Assembly (NCBI GenBank): GCA_030429505.1 | Contig: JAUIFI010000001.1 | Location: 990,001-1,022,000, forward strand | Length of the DNA: 32,000 nucleotides | Source of the DNA: Candidatus Saccharimonadota bacterium | GTDB lineage: Bacteria; Patescibacteriota; Gracilibacteria; UBA4473 | Direction of reading: 5' to 3' | Shown: in pieces, positions 1 through 8,501 of the stretch | Layout of the letters: every line of letters begins with the position of its first letter | How positions within the stretch are numbered: the first letter of the stretch is position 1 | The notes under the pieces: model-generated | Seen by the model: the letters and a program-made list of their open reading frames with translations, nothing else | What the model was told of the DNA's origin: nothing | Databases searched by the model: none | Translations under genes and position numbers: made by a program

Positions 1-135
1 TATTAATTGTGTGCTGATACCGTCAAAGAACGTTTTCTATAAAACCAGCCTTCAACAAAAAAGCCAAAAGCCAACGCATTGTATGGGTGTCTAATAATTT
101 GTCAAATTCTTTTTCTCAGAAAGAGTAGAAAGATT

Positions 136-810
136 TCAATCATGGAAAAATGATTGTTTTATAATACGAAACCCGGTTTGAATACCAGTGGAAAATCCTT
201 GCCCTTTTTGTCTGGCATGATAAGGATAAAAAACTGAGATGGGAACTTCACACCGTGAAAAACGACATTGTTGTACTCGCTTTAAAAATTCAGAACAAAA
301 CTCAAATCCATTTGAAGAAACATTTATAGTTTCTGCAACTTCACGAGTAAATCCTCTCATACCACTTTGTGAATCCGTACTCCAAACTCCTAAAAACACT
401 CCAGTTATTAAATTTGCTACTTTATTTGCCATTCTCACGAAAAAAGGAATATCATTCGCTTTCAAAAATCGAGAACCAATGACACAGTCATAGGTTTGCA
501 AAGCTTCGAGTACAAAAGGGAGATCTTTTGCACAATGCTGCATGTCAGCATCAAGCGTTAGAAAATAAGAAAACTTCTTGTCCAATCCCCATTCAATTCC
601 TGATTTTGTAGCCGCTCCCATGCCCTGATTAACCTCATGAGACAGAGTAAAGACACCTTCATCTTCTGCTTTTTGTAATGTCTGATCCACAGATCCATCA
701 TTCACAACTAAAATATGATAAAAATCCGCCATACGTACCTCATTCACCACTTGATTAATAGTTTTGGCTTCATTCAAAGCTGGGATAATCACCAAGGTTT
801 TGTCTTTCAT
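136..810 (-). CDS. Family 2 glycosyltransferase (polyprenyl-phosphate sugar transferase-like, GT-A fold)
   Basis: ORF 136..849. The ATG at 810 gives MKDKTLVIIPALNEAKTI..VVNDGSVDQT..LTLDADMQH, the typical GT2 N-terminal half with a DxD-type motif. The TTG at 849 adds only 13 unconserved residues. Confidence 0.85.
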   Translation of the reverse strand: MKDKTLVIIPALNEAKTINQVVNEVRMADFYHILVVNDGSVDQTLQKAEDEGVFTLSHEVNQGMGAATKSGIEWGLDKKFSYFLTLDADMQHCAKDLPFVLEALQTYDCVIGSRFLKANDIPFFVRMANKVANLITGVFLGVWSTDSQSGMRGFTREVAETINVSSNGFEFCSEFLKRVQQCRFSRCEVPISVFYPYHARQKGQGFSTGIQTGFRIIKQSFFHD

Positions 811-978
811 TTCAAGCCATACTTTGCTATAATACACCAGAATTATCAATGCTCTTTTTTTGTAGTTTCATACCACACGAGCAGAGCGGGTGCTCTGCGA
901 GTGAGAGGAGGAAGTGATAAAGCTTCTGACGTCCCGAGCAACGTCGAGGGACAAAAGAAGCAATATCACTGACGACGA

Positions 979-1053
979 GCCCCCGTAGTTCAATGGATAG
1001 AACGGCGCCCTTCTAAGGCGAAAATCTAGGTTCGATTCCTAGCGGGGGTACCA
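979..1053 (+). tRNA. tRNA-Arg (anticodon UCU), 3' CCA encoded
   Basis: Cloverleaf folded by eye. Acceptor stem is GCCCCCG/CGGGGGU, T arm CUAGG-UUCGAUU-CCUAG, anticodon loop CU-UCU-AA, followed by discriminator A and CCA. Confidence 0.9.
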
Positions 1054-1057
1054 CACT

Positions 1058-1098
1058 AAAAGCTCGGACATGGACTTGTGCCATGTCTGAGCTTTTAC
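1058..1098 (+). terminator. Intrinsic terminator-like hairpin after tRNA-Arg
   Basis: AAAAGCTCGGACATGG-ACTTGTG-CCATGTCTGAGCTTTT. The single non-Watson-Crick position is G:U on the + strand (C:A on the minus strand), which favours + strand function. A short T run follows. Confidence 0.6.
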
Positions 1099-1377
1099 TG
1101 TCTCAGGCAAGAGAATTGGACCGTAGGTTCGCTGAAGCAAATGAGTGACTGATTCCACGAAGTGGAAGAGGGGAGCGAGTATTGCGAAACGTCGACCTCG
1201 GAGTCCCGACATATCGGGACGAGAATGAGAGATATTCCTAGAGAAGACATCAAGCTGAAGGTTCTGATACCAGTTCATTTTTTGGATGAAATTGACAAAA
1301 AAATAGAACTATCCTAGAAAAAACATAGATTCAAGCATAATTTAAAGGATCTTTAACGCAAACGGAGGGTTTCATAT

Positions 1378-1803
1378 ATGGATACTCAGGTTCATATAAT
1401 ACCTATCATCGTTACGCATCTGTGCCATACAGGTAGGGGTATGTCAATAAAACGTGCTATGTCCACTGGCAATGTTGGAAAAGTAGAATGTATTATGCAG
1501 CGGAGTTACATTCAAGTAAGAGAAACGTCACCTTCTGTCTTCGAGATGATAAAAGCAACAGAATCTGAAAAACCTGAAGAGTGCTTTTTTCTCATAGGTT
1601 ATTGTGGATGGGACGATGGGTTTACAAATGTAGACTGGAGGAGTTTTCTGCCAAGTGATGTAGCCATATTTTTTGATGGCATGGTGTCAACACACCTCCA
1701 ATGGAAAGATATCAATTTAACTTCCTGTGGATTTGAAGCTCCCTCTGTTAATGCTTTAAAGGAGGCATTAAGTCGTACAGGAACGGTGTGCTACAAAAAA
1801 TAA
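1378..1803 (+). CDS. Hypothetical protein (141 aa), no recognisable domain
   Basis: ORF track. GGAGGG Shine-Dalgarno lies about 9 nt upstream of the ATG. No motif recognised. Confidence 0.45.
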   Translation: MDTQVHIIPIIVTHLCHTGRGMSIKRAMSTGNVGKVECIMQRSYIQVRETSPSVFEMIKATESEKPEECFFLIGYCGWDDGFTNVDWRSFLPSDVAIFFDGMVSTHLQWKDINLTSCGFEAPSVNALKEALSRTGTVCYKK

Positions 1804-1874
1804 TGAATCATAAAAGGGTTTCCAGAAGAGAAGCAACTCTCTTTCAGACACCCTTTTTTCTCTGTTCCAAAGAA

Positions 1875-2153
1875 TTACCCCACCTCCACCCCCCTCCAAA
1901 AAGCCACATATCCTTTGATCTCTTTAGCCGCATCACTCGGAGCAGGATAGTACCACGCAGATGCTTCATTCGTCTCTCCATCCACTACGACATCATAATA
2001 ACTTGCCTGTCCTTTCCAGGGACACGTAGTGTGCAGGTCATTTTTCTGAAAAAATTCTCTTTTGAGAGAATCTGGAGGAAAGTAATGATTTCCTTCAATC
2101 TCAATGGTAGCATCACTTTCAGCAATAACAGTTCCATTCCAAGATGCTTTCAT
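1875..2153 (-). CDS. DUF427 domain protein
   Basis: The 92-aa ORF contains ..IAESDATIEIEGNHYFPPDSL..TTCPWKGQASYY..AWYYPAPSDAAKEIKGYVAFW.., which matches the DUF427 pattern as I remember it (NHYFP, CPxKG-ASYY, AWxYP, VAFW). Confidence 0.75.
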   Translation of the reverse strand: MKASWNGTVIAESDATIEIEGNHYFPPDSLKREFFQKNDLHTTCPWKGQASYYDVVVDGETNEASAWYYPAPSDAAKEIKGYVAFWRGVEVG

Positions 2154-2198
2154 ATCTCAATTGTACGGAGTTCTTTTTTTCCTACAATAAAATTACCA

Positions 2199-2486
2199 AT
2201 GAAAGAAGATAAAATAGTGATTATGAAATCACTCCGAAATATTGGAGACATCTGTGCACGTCAGCTAGTAGAAGCCGGTGTAGACTCACCTGAAAAATTA
2301 AAAAAACTCGGATCAGAAAAAGCCTTTTTAGAGATTTTTAAAAAATGTAATCAACACACCTGTATCAACGCCTGTTATCTCTATGCCCTAGAAGGAGCTA
2401 TTAGGGGTATAGATTGGCGAGCTATTCCAGAGAAGAAAAAAGAACAATTTAAAGAGTTTACTCGCCAACTTCGTGCTAGTTTCTAG
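2199..2486 (+). CDS. TfoX C-terminal domain protein (stand-alone)
   Basis: Only the 3' third of ORF 1788..2486 is credible, because the 5' part is antisense to the DUF427 gene. From the ATG at 2199: MKEDKIVIMKSLRNIGDICARQLVEAGVDSPEKLKKLGSEKAFLEI...ALEGAIRGIDWRAIP, the helix-hairpin-helix-like TfoX_C pattern. Confidence 0.55.
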   Translation: MKEDKIVIMKSLRNIGDICARQLVEAGVDSPEKLKKLGSEKAFLEIFKKCNQHTCINACYLYALEGAIRGIDWRAIPEKKKEQFKEFTRQLRASF

Positions 2487-2490
2487 TTAC

Positions 2491-2520
2491 AAAAAAAAGC
2501 TCCATCGGAGCTTTCTTTGT
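2491..2520. terminator. Bidirectional intrinsic terminator between convergent genes
   Basis: A8-GCTCC-ATC-GGAGC-TTTCTTTG: a GC-containing stem flanked by an A tract and a T-rich tract. It sits between the stop at 2486 (+) and the stop at 2541 (-). Confidence 0.6.
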
Positions 2521-2540
2521 AAAATACACAAACTTAATTC

Positions 2541-3119
2541 TTATTGATCAACGCTTCGAAGAATTCGAGCAGAGCTTGGGTAGCGGGTCAGTCCATACCA
2601 ATAACGAAGTTTTGCTGATCCAGTCAATTCGCCATCAGGTCGAAACCGAGCTCCGTTTTGACTTTCACGGTCCAAATTCTGAATAACTTTTCTTTTTGCA
2701 GGAATTTCAGGTTTCATCCAAAGACCTTTTTCGACATCAGACTGATAACCATACTGAAGTCTTCGAGAAAAATGACCGGTCCATGGTGGAAGGGCGTCTC
2801 TACGAGCTTCTTCTTCAGTTACGGTCTTATCAGCTTGGGAAATAACAGAAGGGGATTCATCAACGCTTCGAAGAATCAAGTCTGCACGACGAGCATCTCT
2901 GTAATTTTTATACAAAGAGTGAGCTCTTCTCTGGATACCAGGAATCCGTATGCGTTCTCCCGCCAAATCTTCTGAACGATCATCAGCTACACGAGTGTAA
3001 AAGATAGTATTGAGCATCTTAGCTCGAGAGCTTGCAAAAGTCAGAGAAGGGATAAAAAGTCCAAAGACAATAATAAGCGCAAAGCTAAAAGTAAGAGGTT
3101 GTTTAAGAGTCATCATCAT
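2541..3119 (-). CDS. Secreted basic protein, unknown function
   Basis: 192-aa ORF with an N-terminal signal-like segment (MMMTLKQPLTFSFALIIVFGLFIPSLTFASS). The Arg-rich mature part carries the motif ILRSVD twice, once internally and once at the C terminus. Confidence 0.55.
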   Translation of the reverse strand: MMMTLKQPLTFSFALIIVFGLFIPSLTFASSRAKMLNTIFYTRVADDRSEDLAGERIRIPGIQRRAHSLYKNYRDARRADLILRSVDESPSVISQADKTVTEEEARRDALPPWTGHFSRRLQYGYQSDVEKGLWMKPEIPAKRKVIQNLDRESQNGARFRPDGELTGSAKLRYWYGLTRYPSSARILRSVDQ

Positions 3120-3187
3120 AAAAATAATAAAGTGTTCAGAGAAAATTCTAGGACATGAGGAAAACCTGTCAAGAAAAAAGAAAAGTT

Positions 3188-5272
3188 TTAGGTACTTTTT
3201 TCTGCCATAATGCTTTCAGCCACATTTTTAGGTGTTTTCTGGTAATCCGCAAATTCCATTGTGTAACTAGCTCGACCTTGTGTGAGAGAGCGCAGGTCCG
3301 TCGCATATCCAAACATTGAAGCTAACGGAATACGAGCAGTAATAAACTTCGCCAAGCCTCGATCACCAGTTTCCTGGATAATCCCACGACGAGATGACAC
3401 ATCCCCCATCACATCTCCCAGATAATCCTCAGGGGTCACAATTTCCACATTCATGATCGGTTCTAAAAGTACAGGATCAGCTTTCTTCATACCATCTTTA
3501 AACGCTTGAATCGCCGCAATTTTAAACGCCAATTCAGAAGAATCCACATCATGATACGACCCATCATAGAGTTCTACCTCGACATCCACTACCGGATATC
3601 CAGCTAAAACTCCGCGAGTCGCTCCTTCCTTAAACCCTTTTTCACATCCGGGAATGTACTCATTTGGAATAGACGCTCCTTTGATAGAATTGATAAATTT
3701 AAATCCAACACCCGGTTCAGATGGACGGACTCGGCACAAAACATGCCCAAATTGTCCTCGACCACCAGATTGCTTCTTGTGTACATATTCAGCCTCAACA
3801 GCTTTCTGAATCGTTTCTCGGTAGGCGACTTGCGGCTGACCAATATTCGCCTCGACCTTAAATTCTCGCTTCATTCGATCGACCAGGACTTCCAAATGCA
3901 ACTCTCCCATTCCAGACATAATTGTCTGATTCGTTTCTTCATCTGTATGTACACGAAAAGTCGGATCCTCTTCCGCTAATTTTTGCAGGGCTAATGACAT
4001 TTTTTCTTGATCTCCTTTCGTCTTTGGCTCAATCGAAATCGAAATCACTGGCTCAGGAAAGTTAATCGACTCAAGAACAATGAGATTTTTTTCTGGACAC
4101 AAAGTATCTCCGGTACGAGTACTCTTGAGTCCTACCACGGCTCCGATATGCCCTGCCGGAATTTCAGAAATCTCCTCTCGGCTATTGGCATGCATCTGAA
4201 GCAAACGACCAATTCGCTCTTTTTGTTCAGAATTGGCATTATATACATAACTTCCAGATTCAAGTTTTCCAGAATACACCCGGACAAACGTAATTCGACC
4301 CACATACGGATCGGTCGCAATCTTAAACGCCAAAGCCGCCAAAGGCTCTGCCTTGTCAGCTTTCCGTGTCAATTCTTCTTCCTCATTATCAGGATTCGTT
4401 CCTTTTGCTGGCAAGATATCAAGAGGAGAAGGTAAGTAAGCCGTTACTGCATCGAGCAAAGGTTGCACACCTTTATTTTTCAAAGCCGTTCCGGTCATCA
4501 CCGGTACAAATTCACCAGCAATAGTAGCTCGACGAATAGCAGCTTTAATCTCATCAGCCGACAAATCAGCTCCACCCAAATATTTCTCCATCAATTCTTC
4601 ATCAGACGTCGCTACCGCTTCCAGCATCTTGTCTCTCCACTTATTCGCATCATCCACCATATCAGCTGGAATATCTTCTATTGAAATCTCTTTCCCGAGA
4701 TCATCTTTGTACAAAATAGCCTTCATCTCGACCAAATCTACCAGCCCCTTGAAATGACTCTCCATACCAACCGGTAATTGAATAGGAAAAGCATTTTTTG
4801 TGAGTCGTTCCGTAATAGATCCATACGAACGCCAAAAATCAGCTCCCGTCCGATCCAGTTTATTGATAAAACACATGCGTGGCACGTTGTAGTCATCAGC
4901 TTGTCTCCAGACAGTTTCAGACTGTGGCTCCACTCCCGCGACACCATCAAAGACACACACCGCTCCATCCAAAACTCGCAAAGACCTCTGAACTTCTACC
5001 GTGAAATCCACATGACCGGGAGTATCGATAATATTAATCTGACAATCTTTCCAAAAACAAGTCGTCGCCGCAGAAGTAATCGTAATACCACGCTCCTGTT
5101 CCTGCTCCATCCAATCCATGGTGGCTTCCCCCTCATGGACTTCACCGATCTTATGAGACTTTCCAGTATAAAAAAGAATCCGTTCGGTAACGGTCGTTTT
5201 TCCGGCATCGATATGGGCGATAATCCCAATATTACGAACCTTATCCAAGGCATAGTGCGTGACTTTACTCAT
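3188..5272 (-). CDS. fusA: Translation elongation factor G
   Basis: 694 aa with the GTPase motifs [17 protein letters not shown] and NKLDR, and full-length EF-G architecture through domains IV and V. Confidence 0.97.
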   Translation of the reverse strand: MSKVTHYALDKVRNIGIIAHIDAGKTTVTERILFYTGKSHKIGEVHEGEATMDWMEQEQERGITITSAATTCFWKDCQINIIDTPGHVDFTVEVQRSLRVLDGAVCVFDGVAGVEPQSETVWRQADDYNVPRMCFINKLDRTGADFWRSYGSITERLTKNAFPIQLPVGMESHFKGLVDLVEMKAILYKDDLGKEISIEDIPADMVDDANKWRDKMLEAVATSDEELMEKYLGGADLSADEIKAAIRRATIAGEFVPVMTGTALKNKGVQPLLDAVTAYLPSPLDILPAKGTNPDNEEEELTRKADKAEPLAALAFKIATDPYVGRITFVRVYSGKLESGSYVYNANSEQKERIGRLLQMHANSREEISEIPAGHIGAVVGLKSTRTGDTLCPEKNLIVLESINFPEPVISISIEPKTKGDQEKMSLALQKLAEEDPTFRVHTDEETNQTIMSGMGELHLEVLVDRMKREFKVEANIGQPQVAYRETIQKAVEAEYVHKKQSGGRGQFGHVLCRVRPSEPGVGFKFINSIKGASIPNEYIPGCEKGFKEGATRGVLAGYPVVDVEVELYDGSYHDVDSSELAFKIAAIQAFKDGMKKADPVLLEPIMNVEIVTPEDYLGDVMGDVSSRRGIIQETGDRGLAKFITARIPLASMFGYATDLRSLTQGRASYTMEFADYQKTPKNVAESIMAEKST

Positions 5273-5299
5273 TACAAAAAAATATAAAAAATCCCGTCG

Positions 5300-5327
5300 A
5301 TTGTAGAAAGGGAGAGGAAATTGTCAA
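5300..5327 (-). promoter_or_regulatory. Sigma70-type promoter candidate for fusA
   Basis: Minus strand reads TTGACA-16 nt-TACAAT. It ends about 25 nt upstream of the fusA ATG. Confidence 0.5.
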
Positions 5328-5443
5328 ATGAGGAGAAAAAGAGTTGTATTATTACCAATAAAAATTATTAACTCTGAGACAATAGAGAAAATAGGCGTTA
5401 ACTTTCTGTATAGTCAACGCCACAGAGTATTACTCTTATTGTT

Positions 5444-5734
5444 CTAAGGGATAAAAGCCAGGGCAATGAGTACAAATCCAGCAAAAAACAGACAAATCGT
5501 CATTTTACTAAAATCTTTCCCATAACCATAGTAATACTCATTCACTTTTTCCATAAGTGCCATATCAGAAAAACCTGCAATGCCCATAAATACTCGAATA
5601 TAATATGGCATATCCAATGGCCCCCAAAATATGCTAGAGACATATACTATAAGTATAATACCCCCAATGAATGCTAGTGCAATCTGCACATAGATGAGTT
5701 TGTCACTCATCCACAGTAATATTTTATGTACCAC
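5444..5734 (-). CDS. Small integral membrane protein (about 3 TM), unknown function
   Basis: 96-aa ORF with a GTG start at 5734 and an alternative ATG at 5710. It has three hydrophobic stretches. Confidence 0.5.
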   Translation of the reverse strand: MVHKILLWMSDKLIYVQIALAFIGGIILIVYVSSIFWGPLDMPYYIRVFMGIAGFSDMALMEKVNEYYYGYGKDFSKMTICLFFAGFVLIALAFIP

Positions 5735-5979
5735 GTACCACCTTAAAAAAATTTTTTAATGTAAAAAGAGCAATTTCCCCTAAATAGTAAGAAACCTCTC
5801 TCTTGCTTAATTTTATAATAAAAGAAGTTTTACTACTCTTGATTAAACCCTAAAATATAAAAAAATTAAGTCAATTATATCTGCTTTGATATTGTATTGT
5901 AGCTAACAAAGATGTTACCACGTCTGCTCAAGGAAAGTAATACTAAAACGTGCTCTTAATAGCCAAAAAGTAATAGTAA

Positions 5980-6399
5980 ATGAAAATATACTTTGCCGGA
6001 TCGATTCGAGGAGGAAGAGATGACAAAGAGTTATATGGGAAACTTATACAACATCTCGGAAAATACGGACAAGTGCTGACAGAACACGTTGGAGATGGAA
6101 ATCTCAACGATTCTGGAGAAGATCATCAACCAGATCAGTGGATTTATAAACGTGATATGGAGTGGGTTCGAGCATCAGATGTCATCGTAGCGGAAGTCAC
6201 CACTCCCTCCCTCGGAGTCGGTTATGAGATCGGTAGCAGTGAAGCAATAGGAAAAAAGATTCTCTGTCTCTATAGAAGTCAACCAAATAAAAGTTTATCA
6301 GCCATGATTAATGGCAATCCAAACGTACAGGTCATCTCATATGCCAACCTTGAAGAAGCCATTCATCATATAGATAAATTTTTTCAGTCACAATCGTGA
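5980..6399 (+). CDS. 2'-deoxynucleoside 5'-phosphate N-hydrolase (DNPH1/Rcl)-like, nucleoside 2-deoxyribosyltransferase superfamily
   Basis: MKIYFAGSIRGGRDD...VLTEHVG...VVAEVTTPSLGVGYEIG closely follows the DNPH1/Rcl pattern as I remember it (xIYFxGSIRGGR, LTEHV, PSLGVGYE). Confidence 0.75.
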   Translation: MKIYFAGSIRGGRDDKELYGKLIQHLGKYGQVLTEHVGDGNLNDSGEDHQPDQWIYKRDMEWVRASDVIVAEVTTPSLGVGYEIGSSEAIGKKILCLYRSQPNKSLSAMINGNPNVQVISYANLEEAIHHIDKFFQSQS

Positions 6400-6423
6400 C
6401 CTTCACTTCATTACATATACAAG

Positions 6424-6729
6424 ATGAAATCATCGGAACTTACCATCAAAGAACTCATAAACATGATTATGCAACTCGCAGAAGAAAAGAAATTTGGCAC
6501 GAAACCAGAAGATATCAATGTCGCTGAAAAAATGGTCTTGATCCATAGTGAAGTTTCAGAGGCTTTTGAAGCTTATCGTCGCAAGAATATGGACGGTCGG
6601 CACGGATTCAAAGAAGAACTTGCCGATGTTATCATGCGGGTATTTCATCTCTGCGGTATCTTTGGTATTGATATACAAGCCGAAATACTCAAAAAAATGG
6701 AATACAATAAAACCCGAGAATGGAAATGA
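6424..6729 (+). CDS. MazG-like nucleoside triphosphate pyrophosphohydrolase (small all-alpha NTP-PPase)
   Basis: 101 aa: ..KMVLIHSEVSEAFEAYRR...FKEELADVIMRVFHL..EILKKMEYNKTR, with the EExxE/ExxD-type acidic helices typical of MazG/dimeric dUTPase-like NTP-PPases. Confidence 0.7.
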   Translation: MKSSELTIKELINMIMQLAEEKKFGTKPEDINVAEKMVLIHSEVSEAFEAYRRKNMDGRHGFKEELADVIMRVFHLCGIFGIDIQAEILKKMEYNKTREWK

Positions 6730-6773
6730 AAAACATAACGAACAAAGAAAAGAAGAAATATTCACAAAACAAC

Positions 6774-6802
6774 TTGACTCCTTTGTAAAGAATGTTTATA
6801 AA
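6774..6802 (+). promoter_or_regulatory. Strong sigma70-type promoter candidate (distal, upstream of the infC leader)
   Basis: TTGACT-17 nt-TATAAA. Confidence 0.5.
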
Positions 6803-6864
6803 AAAAAAGCTATTTACCAACTACAAACAGTACGTAAATGCGAAAAACTTTTCGATTGCCGTAG

Positions 6865-6915
6865 GGAGGCAATATCCATCTATTGATCAATTTGGGTATT
6901 GTCTCCGTTTTTTTT
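6865..6915 (+). terminator. Intrinsic terminator/attenuator in the infC upstream region
   Basis: GGAGGCAATAT (6865-6875) pairs with GTATTGTCTCC (6896-6906): 11 bp including two G:U pairs. G plus T8 follows. The 5' arm overlaps an alternative hairpin, ATTGCC-GTAGGGA-GGCAAT (6855-6873). Confidence 0.55.
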
Positions 6916-6933
6916 ATACAACAAGTAAAAAAT

Positions 6934-6962
6934 TTGACAAAATCACTCGTCTGCCTAATAAT
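6934..6962 (+). promoter_or_regulatory. Proximal sigma70-type promoter candidate for infC
   Basis: TTGACA-17 nt-AATAAT (or 16 nt to TAATAA), about 30 nt before the inferred infC start. Confidence 0.45.
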
Positions 6963-6991
6963 CCACCCGCTTTTTTCACTTTTCTTATACC

Positions 6992-7555
6992 ATAGGTATC
7001 TCATTTCGCGGCGGACGAAAAAATAAGCGTGCTGCTTTCAGAAAGCCCAAAAAACTTCATCGAACCAACGAGGAAATCACAGCCTCGACTTTGCGAGTCG
7101 TCGACTCAGCAGGCGAACTGGTCGGTGTGATAAGCTTGGACCAAGCACTTGAAAAAGCGCGTGAAGAAGGAGTCGACCTCGTCGAGATATCGCCCAAAGC
7201 AGACCCTCCCGTATGTCGAATCATCGACTATGGAAAAATGCTCTATGCACTCAAAAAGAAAGAGCAAAAAGGGAAGCAAGGCACGAAAACCCAAGAAATA
7301 AAAGGTATTCGCCTCACCTTCCGTATAGGAGAAGGGGATATGGAGAGGCAGAGAAAAAAAGCGAGAGAATTTCTCGAAGAAGGTCATCCCATACGAATTC
7401 AGCTCGTTATGCGGGGACGAGAGAAAGCCCATAAAGACATAGCTTTTGAAAAATTAAACTCATTTATTGCAGGTCTTGCTGATATATCAAGACTTGAAAA
7501 TAACCCAAAAGGATCAGGGCATCAAATAATAGCCATTCTCAAACCAGGAAAATAA
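6992..7555 (+). CDS. infC: Translation initiation factor IF-3 (non-AUG start)
   Basis: ORF-track segment 7091..7555 carries the IF-3 N and C domains (..LRVVDSAGELVGVISLDQALEKAREEGVDLVEISPKADPPVCRIIDYGK..). The frame stays open back to 6962 and encodes the expected upstream ..TNEEITAS.. segment. The only start-like codons are ATA (6992) and ATC (6998), so the exact start is uncertain. Confidence 0.9.
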   Translation: MGISFRGGRKNKRAAFRKPKKLHRTNEEITASTLRVVDSAGELVGVISLDQALEKAREEGVDLVEISPKADPPVCRIIDYGKMLYALKKKEQKGKQGTKTQEIKGIRLTFRIGEGDMERQRKKAREFLEEGHPIRIQLVMRGREKAHKDIAFEKLNSFIAGLADISRLENNPKGSGHQIIAILKPGK

Positions 7556-7557
7556 CC

Positions 7558-7752
7558 ATGAAGCAAAAGACTCATTCCGGCACCAAAAAAAGAACAAAGA
7601 TCACTGGAAGTGGTAAGCTCAGGCATGGACCATCCTGTAAGAATCATCTTTTGAGTTCAAAATCCAGACACAGAAAAAATATGAATCCACAGGGAGTTGC
7701 TTCTCCAAAAGGTCATAAAAAAAAGCTAAAAAGACTTCTTAATATTACTTAA
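7558..7752 (+). CDS. rpmI: 50S ribosomal protein L35
   Basis: 64-aa lysine-rich ORF (MKQKTHSGTKKRTKITGSGKL..) directly after infC, in the conserved infC-rpmI-rplT order. Confidence 0.9.
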   Translation: MKQKTHSGTKKRTKITGSGKLRHGPSCKNHLLSSKSRHRKNMNPQGVASPKGHKKKLKRLLNIT

Positions 7753-7780
7753 GAAGCATTTATTATTATCCTAAAAAAAC

Positions 7781-8146
7781 ATGGTACGAGTAAAAGGCGG
7801 CGTCGCATCAAGAAACAGACACAAAAAAGTCCGAGCAGCCACCAAAGGCTATCGCGGAAAAAGACATTCTACCTTTCGTTTAGGTATGCAAGCTATGATG
7901 AAAGCTGGGACTCACGCCTATATCGGACGTAAACAAAAGAAAAGAGATTTTAGACGACTCTGGATTACACGTATCTCTACTGCGCTTCGCGCGATGGGAT
8001 TACGCTATTCAGAAGTCAAAAATCAATGGCTTCACGCCAAAATGGATATTGATCGAAAAAACCTCTCTGAACTCGCCGCTAACTACCCAAAAGTATTTGA
8101 AAAAGTAGTGGATACAGCCAAAAAAGCGAAAAAAGTGAGCGTGTAA
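7781..8146 (+). CDS. rplT: 50S ribosomal protein L20
   Basis: MVRVKGGVASRNRHKKV..AKGYRGKR...YIGRKQKKRDFRRLWITRI is the canonical L20 N terminus, and the operon position fits. Confidence 0.95.
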   Translation: MVRVKGGVASRNRHKKVRAATKGYRGKRHSTFRLGMQAMMKAGTHAYIGRKQKKRDFRRLWITRISTALRAMGLRYSEVKNQWLHAKMDIDRKNLSELAANYPKVFEKVVDTAKKAKKVSV

Positions 8147-8457
8147 GTACTACAAAAAATCACCCCATACCTAGACATCCTATTTTTCAGGAAGTGTATT
8201 TATCGTATAAATTGCCTTAAAGCTTATTTTTTCTTCTCTGATTGTTGGATCATTTTTCCTAATTCATCATAAATCTTATGATGAACTATTCTGATATCAG
8301 AAAATTTGTTATCCACACTACATATAAGAGCTCGCAATTCTTGAAGCTGTAGAACGACTTGTTGCTTATTCATAAGCATGAGTAAAGTATGCTCATTTTA
8401 CATGTCGAAAAACAAAAATCAACTATTTTTTTATATTTATATAAAAAAATAATGTCA

Positions 8458-8486
8458 TTGAAAAAGAAAGGCAGGGATTCATAATC
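8458..8486 (+). promoter_or_regulatory. Promoter candidate of HTH paralog 1
   Basis: TTGAAA-17 nt-ATAATC. The same architecture and flanking sequence are repeated at 8997..9025. The ATG follows only 16 nt after the -10 element, giving a very short leader without SD. Confidence 0.5.
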
Positions 8487-8501
8487 AAAGAAATCCTTTC
8501 T

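Noticed and set aside
1039-1278. 79-aa ORF (-) downstream of tRNA-Arg.
   Set aside because: It overlaps the tRNA 3' end and its terminator hairpin, and it has no SD or recognisable motif. The region is treated as non-coding and flagged separately.
1788-2198. 5' two-thirds of ORF 1788..2486 (+).
   Set aside because: It is antisense to the well-supported DUF427 gene and translates to a featureless sequence. Only the TfoX_C-like part from 2199 is kept.
3604-5287. Numerous 60-170-aa ORFs on both strands inside fusA (for example 4007..4435, 4778..5287, 4996..5253).
   Set aside because: They lie entirely within, or antisense to, a full-length and highly conserved EF-G reading frame and have low-complexity translations. 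They are shadow ORFs.
8224-8373. 49-aa minus-strand ORF (MNKQQVVLQLQELRALICSVDNKFSDIRIVHHKIYDELGKMIQQSEKKK) as an annotated gene.
   Set aside because: It is below the ORF-track threshold and has no SD or identifiable promoter. It is mentioned only as context for the HTH/RadC module and is not called as a feature.
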